A stretch of DNA of 64,000 bases from Trichoplax adhaerens (lineage: Eukaryota; Animalia; Placozoa): contig NW_002060957.1 in NCBI RefSeq assembly GCF_000150275.1, forward strand, positions 606,220 through 670,219. The letters are read 5' to 3'. The position numbers and the translations under genes are program-made. The notes under the pieces are model-generated. The model was given only the letters and a program-made list of their open reading frames with translations, was not told where the DNA came from and did no database searches. Positions 21,586 to 33,345 of the stretch are shown one piece after another. How positions within the stretch are numbered: the stretch's first letter is position 1; every line of letters begins with the position of its first letter.

Positions 21586-22225
21586 TAGAAAAACGTCGAA
21601 TTGGTCAAGAGAGATACATTCGTATGGCAGCCATGGTATTGTTCGGAATAGATGATAGTGGATTCGATAGCATCACGAAAACAGTGCTACTTGACGCTTG
21701 GAGCGTACGCATGTAGATTCTGCGCATTAGTGCACAGGCCTTTGCATTTTTGTAGTCCGTGATAGAAAAACATCGAATTTGTCTATAGGCATACATTCGT
21801 ATGCCAACAGTGGTACTATTTGGAATAGATGATAGTGGATTCGATACGCCTGATGATTCTGCGCATTAGTGCACAGGCCTTTGCATTTTTAGTAGTCAAT
21901 GATAGAAAAACATCGAATTTGTCGATAGGCATACATTCGTATGCCAACAGTGGTACTGTTTGGAATAGATGATAGTGGATTCGATAGCATCACGAAAACT
22001 GTGCTGCTTGGCGCAGGAGCGTACGCCTGAGGATTCTGCGCATTAGTGCACAGGACCTTTGCATTTTTAGTAGTCCGTAATAGAAAAACATCCAATTTGT
22101 CTATAGACATATATTCGTATGCCAACAATGGTACGGTTTGGAATAGACGATAGTAGACTTGATGGTACAACGAAGACAGTGCTACTTGACGCTGCAGCAT
22201 CCGCCTATCGATTCTGCGCATTAGA
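21586..22225. repeat. Tandem repeat, ~178-bp unit, 4 copies (one internally deleted, last partial), ending ~90 bp before the PHB1 ATG
   Basis: TAGAAAAAC..., ATTCGTATG..., GGAATAGA(T/C)GATAGT... and GATTCTGCGCATTAG recur. Units start at ~21586, 21763, 21903 and 22081. Confidence 0.95.
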
Positions 22226-22315
22226 GCAACAACCTGGGCATCACATGGATGTGATGCAACATTTTGACATGCGTATCGTCATACTGAATCATACAAGCGA
22301 CGAAGCTGTGGGAAA

Positions 22316-24788
22316 ATGGCGACGAGGTTTTTTAATCGACTTGGTCAATTAGGTGTTGCTCTGGCCATTGGTGGTGGAGTGCTTAATTCTGCATTATACA
22401 ACGGTAATACTCTAATAAGTAACATGTTCGATGATGGATAGAGTAGCTATCGCTTTGGTTGTAGGCTGTGTTATAGAAAATTCAATCATTGAAAGAGCAG
22501 CATACGCGTGCTGTTCCGACAGATAAAACCTCACTTAAACGACGTCTGGCACACAGAATTTTCATCACTTTTGTAATAAGCTTATCCATTTCTTGTATTG
22601 GTAGTCTCTTTACCAAGTTCTATTAAAGTTTACTGTTATAGTAGTCAAACTATCATTTACTGCGGTTGTCATTTAGTAGTACGGCACGATCGTTATACAG
22701 TATTTGGGGGTATGTAAGCAAAGTCTGTTCAGCAAGCGTAGGATAAATCTTGCTTGCCGACGGTCATACTGTACATCCCTCAAGATGACCAATAACCCAC
22801 AGTTAAGGCTAACCGTGATAATTTGAACTGCAGTTATACCCGATTGGTGGCGATTTGCAGTATTTTCTGTCACAGATTTTAGCAATGTCCTCAAGTGATG
22901 CGATCGGGTAGTACCTTTCTGTATGTTCTTACTGTATATAAAGAGAAAGCAGCTGACATTCGTGCTAAGTTACCTACCTGCCGAATAGAGAGCGAACTTT
23001 GATAATTTAGTATGTATCGGAATGAACTGTTTGACTTTTGCCAATCGAAGAATTCGTAACCTGTAAATTAGACCAATAGTACTTTAGTGATTTCTAGCTA
23101 CTTTAGGATTCTTCCAACGTGATCATGCCTGCTTTTCCAATAGTCCAATTCATTTAAGCATGCAATGCCGCCGCTGCCTGAGACTATCAAACTATTTGAT
23201 TGCGCCATTTCCTAGTAGCCATTGTCGGATTAGATAGGAATAGTAATATTTCCATCAAGCAACAACATGTACTTCACATACATACCAGTACAGTAGAGAC
23301 GGTATTCTTAAGATGTTTATGAATAAATGATCGAATGAACTACGCGTAAAACTAGAAGGCTTTACTGCGTGATAAACTCACTGTCAACTGTTTGTGTTTT
23401 TTTCTTGCAGTTGAAGGAGGACACAGAGCTGTAATCTTTGATAGATTTCGTGGAGTTTTACCCAATGTATCTGGAGAAGGAACACACTTTATCGTTCCAT
23501 GGTTTCAAAGGCCAATCGTATTTGATATACGTAGTCGTCCTAGGAATGTTCCAGTAACAACTGGCAGCAAAGGTAAACCAATTTAGACTTCTTTCTTTGA
23601 CTACAGTACTCTATACTCGCATTATTTATCCCATGATTGAACAATCGATTGACATTGTACTGGATTCGCTTACGCACAATGTAGATTTGCAAAACGTAAA
23701 CATCACTATACGTATATTATTTCGACCGTTGGCTAATACTTTACCAAACATGTATAAGAATCTTGGAATTGACTATGATGAAAGAGTTCTACCATCAATC
23801 ACGAATGAAGTCATGAAAGCCGTAGTGGTAAGTGATCTATCACGAGTAATGAGGTTGTTATTTTCATCGCAATGCTGTTTATAATATAGAAGTAAGCAAA
23901 GATATTTTTTGATCGTTATAGGCTCAATACGATGCCAGTGAACTGATCACCCAACGAGAAAATGTAAGATATATCGTATATTCTTCTTATTGGATGGAAA
24001 CTACGTAACGTGGTATATTGCAAATATTCAATTTCTAAATAGAATTACCTTTTTGCAGGTATCACATATGATTAGGCAGCAACTAACTGAACGCGCAGCA
24101 AGTTTTGGAATACTACTAGACGACATTTCCATCGTAAGTAAAATCAATTCTCAACCATTTTTAAACTTACAAAGGCTTTGATCCTCTAAGAACGTCATTA
24201 CTTCGATAGACTCATTTAACATTTGGGCATGAATTCACACATGCTGTCGAAATGAAACAAGTTGGTAAGTCATGAAACGAATGAAGTGGTTTACAATTTT
24301 GACATTTTTTGAAAGTTCTTTATTGTTGAGACATTGATTTGAATGAGAGAAATTTATCTTTCATTTTTTAGCTCAACAGGAAGCTGAACGCGCACGTTTC
24401 GTTGTTGAAAAGGTATGAATGCTTAATCTTCATAACGCAAAAATCATTGAACTCGCCCTTATAAGGCTGGCTTACATTCAATCCACTTTAGCTTCTTGAA
24501 GATCATGTTAGCTTGACTAAAAAGTTAATCAATCAAAACTAATGGAACTTTCCTTTATTCATAACGTTCTAGGCTGAACAGCAAAAAATGGCTGCTGTTA
24601 TTACCGCTGAAGGTGATGCTCGTGGTGCTAAATTACTTGCAAGTGCATTCGCTGAAGTAGGTGAAGGTTTAATTGAATTAAGAAGATTGGAAGCGGCCGA
24701 AGAAATTGCACAAGTTTTAGCTCGCTCTCGTAATGTAGCCTATTTACCAAATGGGCAAAATGTTCTGATGAATTTACCAAACCCATAA
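22316..24788 (+). CDS. PHB1: Prohibitin-1 (8 coding exons)
   Basis: Exons 22316-22403 ([29 protein letters not shown]), 23411-23572 ([16 protein letters not shown]...[14 protein letters not shown]), 23685-23827 ([15 protein letters not shown]), 23922-23963, 24059-24133, 24210-24264, 24372-24412 and 24573-24788 ([12 protein letters not shown]...RNVAYLP). Confidence 0.97.
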
Positions 24789-26602
24789 CTATTTCTATAT
24801 TATTAATAAATTAACTTCAGGCTAATTATAACATGCTTAAGTGTAATGCTTATGATTGTATACATGGATTCTGGATATTAATTTACGGCTTCATAGGTTC
24901 TCAGTGCCTATTCCTGTAAAAACTTACATTTGCTCATGCTGAGAAATGAATAGTAATAAAATAAAGAACAATTTTTGTCGGACATCTACTTGACGAGCAA
25001 TGCTATTAATAATGTTACAGTAAGTAGGCGTACCATGTTGAAATGGTACAAATCTTGCCAGTGGTAGCACCACACTCGATTAGGCAGGCCATCGTACAGC
25101 CACTTTTGGGATAGCAACGTTTAGGTCTACCAATCCATAACCGTATCATGATTTTGTTGCCTGAATAGATTTTCAAGCATTGAGATGCATTGGGCAGCAT
25201 AAATCAACCTCCTTATAAACTCACGTCAGTGTAGAACAAATTAAATTGGACATTTGATTGCACAAACAACGTCAGTGTCCTCTCTATATCATCGTTCTTG
25301 TTGTCTACAATTGCCATGAAGTTGTAAACTGTTTGCTTCCTACATACGCGTAGTGGTACCTAAAATGATGAATTGCACTATAGTAAGTGACTACTATTCT
25401 GGTGCTACGTCTACCAAGAAACTACTGCAATGCATCCAACGGCATTGGAAGCAGTCCTACCATTCCAGTGCGAAGAATTCTATGTCAAATCATAACGCAA
25501 ATGCACAATACACAGAAAAAAGTTCAAGATTGAAATTTTTATTTCAATCATTTTATAATACATACTTGTGAATCGGTAGATGTACACTGTATAACATGTT
25601 CACAACAAGAAGTAGTTAATAGTGTCAATGAATAAGTTTCGATAACAAAATGTTCTTCACCCATGTTTATTTATTAACATTGACTGCTGATACGTGTATT
25701 GACAACGGACTACTAGTAAATACGTATAGAAGCATCTTGAAAATGATGCTGGCAAAATTAATAAATAAGTCAAAACTGTCGCCTAATTGATATATTTAAC
25801 TCAATCGCTCGTTTCTTAGGCTTGCTATTGTTTTACATCGATTACAATAATGAATAAATCATTTGCAAAAGTAATTGGTAACGATCATTTTGATTGTTTA
25901 TCTGCGTCCAAAGTAAAATAAGTCAACTGCTTTTGACTCTAATGCTATCTAGGATTATACGAAGTAATGATGGCGGTCAAAATGCCAACTGCAAAATGTC
26001 ATCTGATGCTGCATGTCAATGCAGTAACCACTTGTCTACGATGAAGGTGAAACTTAAAGCAGTCATTGGTTTAAAAATGATTTATAACCGACCACGATGT
26101 CCAACTCTAAAACCACCTAATGCATAACCAAAGTTAATTATGCTTGTAACAACGCAGCTAGGATGACAATCCTATTGCAATTGCATTCATTCCTTCATTA
26201 ATTCAACAGAAAAAAAATATAGTCAAACTGTTCACGCTACACCAAGATAAAAACTAGTGACGATAGCTGTCTTTAAAAACTAACTAATAAATAAAATGGT
26301 CAGTGAAAAAAAAAGAAAATATAAGTTTACTAAATGGACTAGAGCTGTTGAAGAATGATTCCATTTCAAATCATAATCCATTCATCAATCAATCACTGAA
26401 TAACAGATGTTGTAGAATTACTGATAGGCTGATATGTGCAATTCATCCGTAGCTTGAAGGCTAACGTGGATAGCATGATCCATTCATGAACTATCAAAAT
26501 GACGTTTACTCGTCTTGTCAAGATGCTGTAAGCCATTATCCACCACAAGACTGCATGCACTTTGCACAAGGCTACGCAAGGTAGCCAAGGTGATTGCCCT
26601 GG

Positions 26603-26836
26603 TTACGTCTTGGCATGGGCAACATCAACCGATAAATTCCAGTAATAGCTGCAATATTGATAGATACGATAAAGATAACTTGGTAGGAAACGATACGTCG
26701 TATAACTAGACATGACAAAAATGGTGAGGAAGAGAGTATAGAATAGCACTTTTTCCCAAGTCTGAAAGGTTATAACGCTAGTGGATAACTCAAATAGAAA
26801 ACGAAAGCGTTCCAATTTTCGACATAATACAGCCAT
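26603..26836 (-). CDS. SPTSSA: Serine palmitoyltransferase small subunit (ssSPT), intronless, 77 aa
   Basis: ATG in a GCCATGG context. FLFELSTSVITFQTWEKVLFYTLFLTIFVMSSYTTYRFLP aligns with the ssSPT pattern YQYLLVTALYMLEPWERTVFNS...LYTGYVFMP and has one hydrophobic segment. A versus B orthology cannot be resolved. Confidence 0.8.
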   Translation of the reverse strand: MAVLCRKLERFRFLFELSTSVITFQTWEKVLFYTLFLTIFVMSSYTTYRFLPSYLYRIYQYCSYYWNLSVDVAHAKT

Positions 26837-27105
26837 GGCCAATGTTGTGTAAAAAGTGGAATTGTTCTTGCTTGAAGCTCAGTTCAGCTAGTGGATCGTG
26901 TGTAACCAACTCGTCGATATCGACAAGATGGCGATGGAATGGTTTCAATCTTGCAGGAAAATCCAGCAATTCTTCCAATCTTGCAAGTTAATCCACCGAT
27001 TTCAGTGAAGTAAAACAGAGCTCGGCAATGGAAGACAGCGTTTCCTCGACGTTTTCCTTTGGCTACTTTGCTCTTGTCGAGATTGACGGACGACGCGCTT
27101 CAACA

Positions 27106-27472
27106 CTGGTAGTCTGAACTCACTGCAACGAGCTACTGCGGTACGTACGTACTTACAGTTCGTGTCGCAATGGTCGTGTCACAATGGGTCATTCAAAATC
27201 TTTTATGTCTTTTGACCTGGTTTGCCTTCAGTGCCGCCGTGTATTGAGTACAGTACTGGAGGGAGGCGTCATCCAAGTGACGTGCGATCGCTCGTCACCG
27301 GTCGCTGGTAGTCTGAACTCACTGCAACGAGCTACTGCAGTACGTACGTACTGACGGGTCGTGTCACAATGGGTCATTCAAAATGTTTCTGTCTTTTCAC
27401 CCGGTTTGCCTTCAGTACAGTACTGGAGGGAGGAGTCATCCAAGTGACGTGACGCTCGCTCGTCACCGGTTG
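27106..27472. repeat. Two-copy tandem duplication (~199 and ~168 bp) upstream of ssSPT, each copy with a GTGACGTG (CRE-like) site
   Basis: CTGGTAGTCTGAACTCACTGCAACGAGCTACTGC ... GTCATCCAAGTGACGTG ... CGCTCGTCACCGGT at 27106 and again at 27305. Confidence 0.95.
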
Positions 27473-27693
27473 TCACCGTACTCATTCACTGTTGACACGA
27501 GACGTGATCATTCAAACGGTCAAATCAGGTCATCAGAGGTCATTTCATGATTCATCGTACCATGTCACCCCATGAGCACTGTGACGGTGATTCGGTGTAC
27601 AATGAAATCAAAATGGCAACCTTGGCGTGTTGATATTTGGATAGGGCCTTTTTTCCATTTTGATTGTACCTCAATTTTGAGAATGCATTTTGA

Positions 27694-28026
27694 CTGTGCC
27701 AAGTACAGTACAGCAGTGCTGTGCTGCCGATCAACTACGTTGAACTGTGCCAAGTACAACAGTACTGTGCTGTCGATCAACTACGTTGAACTGTGCCAAG
27801 TACAGCAGTGCTGTGCTGCCGATCAACTACGTTGAACTGTGCCAAGTACAGCAGTGCTGTGCTGTCGATCAACTACGTTGAACTGTGCCAAGTACAGCAG
27901 TGCTGTGCTGCCGATCAACTACGTTGAACTGTGCCAAGTACAGCAGTGCTGTGCTGCCGATCAACTACGTTGAACTGTGCCAAGTACAACAGTACTGTGC
28001 TGTCGATCAACTACGTTGAACTGTGC
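27694..28026. repeat. Minisatellite, 46-bp unit, 7 copies
   Basis: Unit CTGTGCCAAGTACAGCAGTGCTGTGCTGCCGATCAACTACGTTGAA. TCAACTACGTTGAA recurs at 27731, 27777, 27823, 27869, 27915, 27961 and 28007. Confidence 0.98.
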
Positions 28027-28323
28027 TTATTTACTTTGGACTTTTTACAGGACTTGATATTGCCGCAGGGGAAATGAATTCGGTTTTTCCCGGTACCTAG
28101 ACGGTTTCGCGTAATGTCACTGGATGTCATGCTCAGGTACTCAGAAAGAATAGCGCATGACTTGTTACTACTCTACAGTACAGTAGAATGCATGCGTTCT
28201 AGTCCGTAAACGCCATCATTTGAGACATTTCAGCACATCATCTGCAATATCATGCAAGAAAATCTGATTTCCAAATCTGATCGGAAAATGGAAAAAAAAC
28301 TGACTGCTTGAATAAAACTAAGT

Positions 28324-28712
28324 TACTGTACAGTATAATGTACTGTACAGTACAGTACTATACTGTAGAGTTGACAAGAAAACAAAACCGAGTGCGTACT
28401 GTACACTGTGCACAGTACAGTACTGTACAGTACAAAAATGCATACTGTACAGTACACTGTACAAATATTACTATCTTCTGCTGACTCCTAACTGAGGCTG
28501 TATACTGTACAGTACAGTAATGTACTGTACAGTACTATACTGTAGAGTTGAGAAGAAAACAAAACCGAGTGCGTACTGTACTACACTGTGTACAGTGTAC
28601 TGTACACTGTACAGTACAGTAGTAGGACAACTACAGTACAGTACAAAAATGCATACTGTACACTGTACACTGTACAATATTACTATCTTCTGCTGACCCC
28701 TAACTGAGGCTG
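28324..28712. repeat. Two-copy duplication (~177 and ~212 bp) built of TACTG/CAGTA/TGTACA low-complexity palindromes
   Basis: TACTATACTGTAGAGTTGA..AGAAAACAAAACCGAGTGCGTACTGTAC ... TTACTATCTTCTGCTGAC.CCTAACTGAGGCTG occurs twice. Confidence 0.93.
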
Positions 28713-28847
28713 CCCAGTAGCATTCTACCTCTCTTAGCATTAAATCTAATTATAGTAAAAATAGAAAGAAGAGGCTTTATCATACCACAGCTGTTATTGT
28801 GTGCTCGTACACGGTACAGTAATAGACACTCCTACCCTTAGCTCCTA

Positions 28848-28861
28848 GCTACCATGGCAAC
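28848..28861 (+). promoter_or_regulatory. RFX X-box motif upstream of TCTE1/DRC5
   Basis: GCTACCATGGCAAC is 13/14 to the X-box consensus GTTRCCATGGYAAC and lies ~450 bp upstream of a motile-cilia gene. Confidence 0.7.
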
Positions 28862-29310
28862 GACAACATAAACTCGTATTACAGGGAGAGCAATAAACCA
28901 GTGATGAATTCGCCACATCGCATAACAAGTAGAGCTGTATCTTTCTATTTAATGATATACATATATTGTACCGATATCCAGTATCCTACACGAACATAAC
29001 CACAGCTATTTCACAGTTGATATCAACCATTCCAAGAATTAACCAATCCCGATACGAAAAGGTATTACCATAGATGAAGATGTCCAAACTACCGTAGCTA
29101 AAAGTGCTTTCTAATAGTTTCTTAGATCAACATGGACTACCATTGATAATTTTGTGTAATGTATGAACTTGATTCAATCAACGATTAACTTGAACGACTG
29201 GTTGAAATCAATACATGTTTACGATACAAGTTGACAATCGATTGCAGTATTTCCAGCTCTGAGGATACTACGTATTCGTATTTTTATCTAGTCTTAGCAA
29301 AGGAGAAAAG

Positions 29311-32306
29311 ATGGTAGAACCACCATTGGTACAACGCACCATTTCGCCTACAAGCCAAAACGTAAGGATAATCCAGTTTTATCTTCAATTAAGGAAATAC
29401 TACTACAGTCACTTTACAATTAAAGCAGTAATACCACTTTTATAAATATTTTCTAAAGCAAAAGCGATAATGTGCGATCTAGGAATTGAGGATCGTAGCC
29501 ATGACGTAATTGAATTTTTTTTGTAATTTCAAAAGCGTACAAACGATGCGTTTAAAAGCCATAAAATGAATCCTGCAGCTGATCCTCGGCTCATGAGGAG
29601 AATTATTGCAGAAGATCCAGAATGGTATGACAAATTCACCCTTTTTTTTTACAATTGTACATGGTATACGTAACGTATATGTAGAATCATATAACGAAAC
29701 GCTTTACTGATACTGTAGATATCAACCATTGAGTATATTGAACATTAAAATCCTAACCGTCTCAATTTTCTTTGTAGGAGTCTTGCTACTGTCCCACTCT
29801 TACGCGAATTGTGTATTAAACATATTGTTGGTAATTTCAAAGGTACTAAATTGCAACTTGTTTTCCTTTCAATGAAAGTAATATGATGAAGATGAGTCAC
29901 TGATTCATATGTTACGTATCATGCAGAAAATCCCATCCTAGACGGATTAAATACTAAAGATAGAGCCAAAGTTTTACAGTTACTGCCAACGGATGTTCCG
30001 ATAAGGTAATGGACCATTGTCATAAAGTATACTATCAGTTTTATTCCATAGGCACTTGTTACTCGAAGTAAATTATCTTTATGGCTGTATTTTACGCTAT
30101 CGGAATAGACTAATAGAGAGTTATCTATGAATACTCTAGTATATCGGCTGGTTTAATTGAAGATGAGGGCTACTGGAAACGATGTTGCCAAGCCAGATGG
30201 CAGATATGTGATGTTTCCAAACATGGAGGAGATTGGAAGAGAATGTTTTTCGAAAGAAATTTAGAAGGTAAGTAAACCATAGGTGAATATATACTGCATG
30301 TTATCAAATACGCAATTTTTTTTAAACATCTCGTTACCATGACCACATTAATAAGTTCATTTTTGATAAATTGTAGATCTCATTGAACATTTCGTTCCTG
30401 ATTCTACCGATCCATCCATGGTAATTCTAAAAATGAATACTACTCGAATACTTTATAAACTATCAATTGAATCATTCCTGTTTAATATTAACAATCAATA
30501 TGCTAAATTCACATCATCACACATCATCTTTATTTATCCAGTTATATGATGTTATGAAATTATCAGCAAACTTTATCAGATGCTTGAATATAAAGCAGCT
30601 ATTACCACCAGTGAAAAGTGGTTCCAAATTTGAAGATATTTCCGATACGTAAGTAAACTTGACTCAATACTGTCCAATTTATACAGTGTTATCATAACGA
30701 ACATTGGCCGCTTTCTTATTTTTAGAAACAGTGATGCTGGTGAAAGTCCCGATGTCGATCATTTCGATTTTAATGAAATTATTAGTAGACTGACAAATCT
30801 CCAAGAGCTTCATGTAACATATGGGTAAATATTGACTAATTTTAATGACTACTTAGTGTTAAGTGTACTTACATTATTGCCTTTTGTGTTCTACATCGTT
30901 TATTCAAAGTGTGCGAGACTGTGGAATGAATTTTGAATGGAATCTCTTCAAATTTACGCCCAAAGACTGTTCTCTGTTAGCTAAAGTAAGCCATAATATA
31001 ATCAAGGATGTTTCTAAGGCAGATGGCCAGCAGCGTTATAAATATTATTATATTCCTTTCTTTTATAAATTTTAAAATATTTCATGTTACTCATACATAC
31101 AAGATTCAAGTTCAATCCAACTTTTAAATTTTACCATAAAATTCTCTCTTCTCGTCCATTAATCTACAATAAGTAATATATCTAGCAATGTCTTAAGATT
31201 TACTATAAATCAGTAGAGTTCCTTTAAATAACTATATTCTTACATCGTATGAAGCACATTACCGTATATTAAATCTTGAGTACATGTTCAATATACCCGG
31301 CTATACAGTACAGTACACATTCTAACGCAAATGAATACCATTTATTTCTACTTATTAGGCAGTCAAAAACTGTCGTACCCTGAAAGTACTGCGTTTACAT
31401 AGAAGTGGTGTTACCGATGAATTAGTCAGAGTTCTAATAAGCCATTTACTGGATCATCCTGCATTGATCGCACTCGGTAAGTCAAGTGCGATAGTTTTCA
31501 TAGTCAATTTATATCATATTCTGACAAAATGTCTTCTATTGCTATGCTTTTATAAAGATCTATCTTATAATAAAATAAGTGATAGTGGTGCCAGAGCAAT
31601 TGGAAAATTTTTAAACGGTCATAGTAAGCTTATTCATCTTAACTTATGCGGTAATCAAATTCACGGACCGGGAGCTTCTGCAATTAGCCACGCATTACAA
31701 AAGAATGCAACTTTAAGAACTCTAAATATCCGAGTTAACAGGTTACAGCCTAGATATAATTTTTAAAGTTTATGCTCTTTCTTAACCCTATCATAACTTT
31801 TCATTGCAATTGTATAGATTAAGTGATGAGGGAGGTCAGGCATTGTGCAAAGCATTAATGAAAAACAAAATTCTTTCCCTTATGGATATCGGAGCAAATG
31901 ATTTAACAGAACCGACAGCAATGGCTTTAGCCAAGGTAATCTTAAGATAATCAATCTAACATAGTTATTCATGTTCAAATATAAATATTTCTTTCGTTAT
32001 TTATTTCCAAAAGGTTATTCTCCATAATAAAGTAATTACGTCCATAAATCTGTCTTGCAACAAACTCGGACCGGTAAATCAAATATTTATGTTAGAATTG
32101 TATTTAGAATCATGCTACTTGAACTTATTTTCATTAACGCTTTTATTGGAAAGGATGGGGGAAAAGCACTGCAAGAGAGCATGGAAGAAAATCATAGAAT
32201 TATCAATATGGATTTAAGATTGACTGAAGTCGGCCAGGAAAGCGAATACTGCATCAATCAGGTCTTAAAGCGTAATAAAGAAAACCTTATACATAGATTT
32301 CATTAA
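29311..32306 (+). CDS. TCTE1: Dynein regulatory complex subunit 5 / T-complex-associated testis-expressed 1 (LRR protein), multi-exon
   Basis: Exon 29311-29361 splices in frame to 29536. It encodes MRRIIAEDPEWSLATVPLLRELCIKHI, IEDEGYWKRCC, WKRMFFERNLE, YGVRDCGMNFEWNLFKFT, LRR exons (DLSYNKISDSGARAIGK) and ends ...MDLRLTEVGQESEYCINQVL...*. Confidence 0.93.
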
Positions 32307-33345
32307 AAATAAAATTTTAAGACCCTGTGCTAAATTAATTGGTTGTAATAATTTTACTCTGACTTGGTATGAGGTGTAAGCTTTGGCCGCGTGCTCGCAG
32401 TATCCATACGTATATTATGTAAATTTATAAATATTTTAAAAATTACTTACATCTAGTTTTTCACTGAAACTTTTAATCATTTATATTAACATTTGACCAA
32501 TGTACAAACGATTATACTTCATATACAGTATTTAACAACAGTCTAGCAATACATTTCATATGTCAATTAATGATCAACCATCATTTCTGGATAGAAATTG
32601 AAGTATAGCAATGCCATATATAACGGTAGAAGACATTTCAAATTATGTAACAATTTATTGCTAACCGTAAGAATTTCATTGATGCCAAATTTTAGCCAGA
32701 TAATGATTTACTCGTATATACAGGACTGTTTTTACGTAACGTTTATGTCAAATTTGAAATAAAACCTCTATGCAGTAATCTGGAGCTGATGGTATAGCCA
32801 AGGTATGCGAAAATAAAATTCATCGACGCAATGATAAGTTTTAAGGAGATGATCGATTCATGTCCTAAAGAGCGATTGATCAATTAGGGACTCGGAATAT
32901 CCAAATAAATTGATTTCATCTTAGGCAACATATAATGCTATAACTTCGTGATGGTCCAATTATTTAAATATTTTTATTCGAAACAAAATAAACTACCCAT
33001 GAAATAGTTACCAGCTTCCATTCAACCTATTTTAAATTTATATAATTCAGGTGTATCATGTCATGCATATTAACACCAAGAGTACAAAATGTTTACACTA
33101 AAAGAAATTCACGTAATAAATTAGATTAAATAGTATAATCACATCCATATAATGTACTCTAGTTCACCAGATACAAGAGGAACAATGAAAACTTGAAATA
33201 GACTAGAAATGGATAAGACCACTTTAGTCAATTGTAAGAGCAATATTTTTATTTTGCCTGTGGCCAAAACGAGCTCTACATAAGCAATGTTCATATTTAT
33301 TACTTTATGATGGAATTAGAACTAGCTAACAGCAACACTCAAATT

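Noticed and set aside
21840-22060. Hammerhead ribozyme (CTGATGA/CTGAGGA followed by a hairpin; CGAAA upstream)
   Set aside because: No GAAA after the putative stem II, no stem II pairing in the type II topology, no NUH site, and CUGANGA is absent from the other two units.
20676-22352. Short ORFs (63-110 aa) over the tandem arrays; likewise those at 27552-28740 and 43170-43421
   Set aside because: By-products of GC-richer repeats; reading frames are not kept between units.
22890-22960. Possible C/D snoRNA in PHB1 intron 1 (GTGATGC ... CTGA)
   Set aside because: Imperfect box C, no convincing terminal stem and no recognisable rRNA guide.
23100-23210. Minus-strand peptide IVSG...[13 protein letters not shown] in PHB1 intron 1, resembling the RHD motif of RLE-type non-LTR retrotransposons
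   Set aside because: Too short, the CCHC knuckle is missing and there is no adjacent RT or endonuclease sequence. It cannot be supported without a search.
25015-25571. ORFs between the PHB1 and ssSPT 3' ends; also overlapping ORFs at 37274-37697
   Set aside because: No recognisable homology or splice support; probably UTR or intergenic sequence.
27694-28026. CRISPR-like regular repeat with internal palindromes
   Set aside because: Units are head-to-tail with no unique spacers, there are no cas genes, and the context is eukaryotic.
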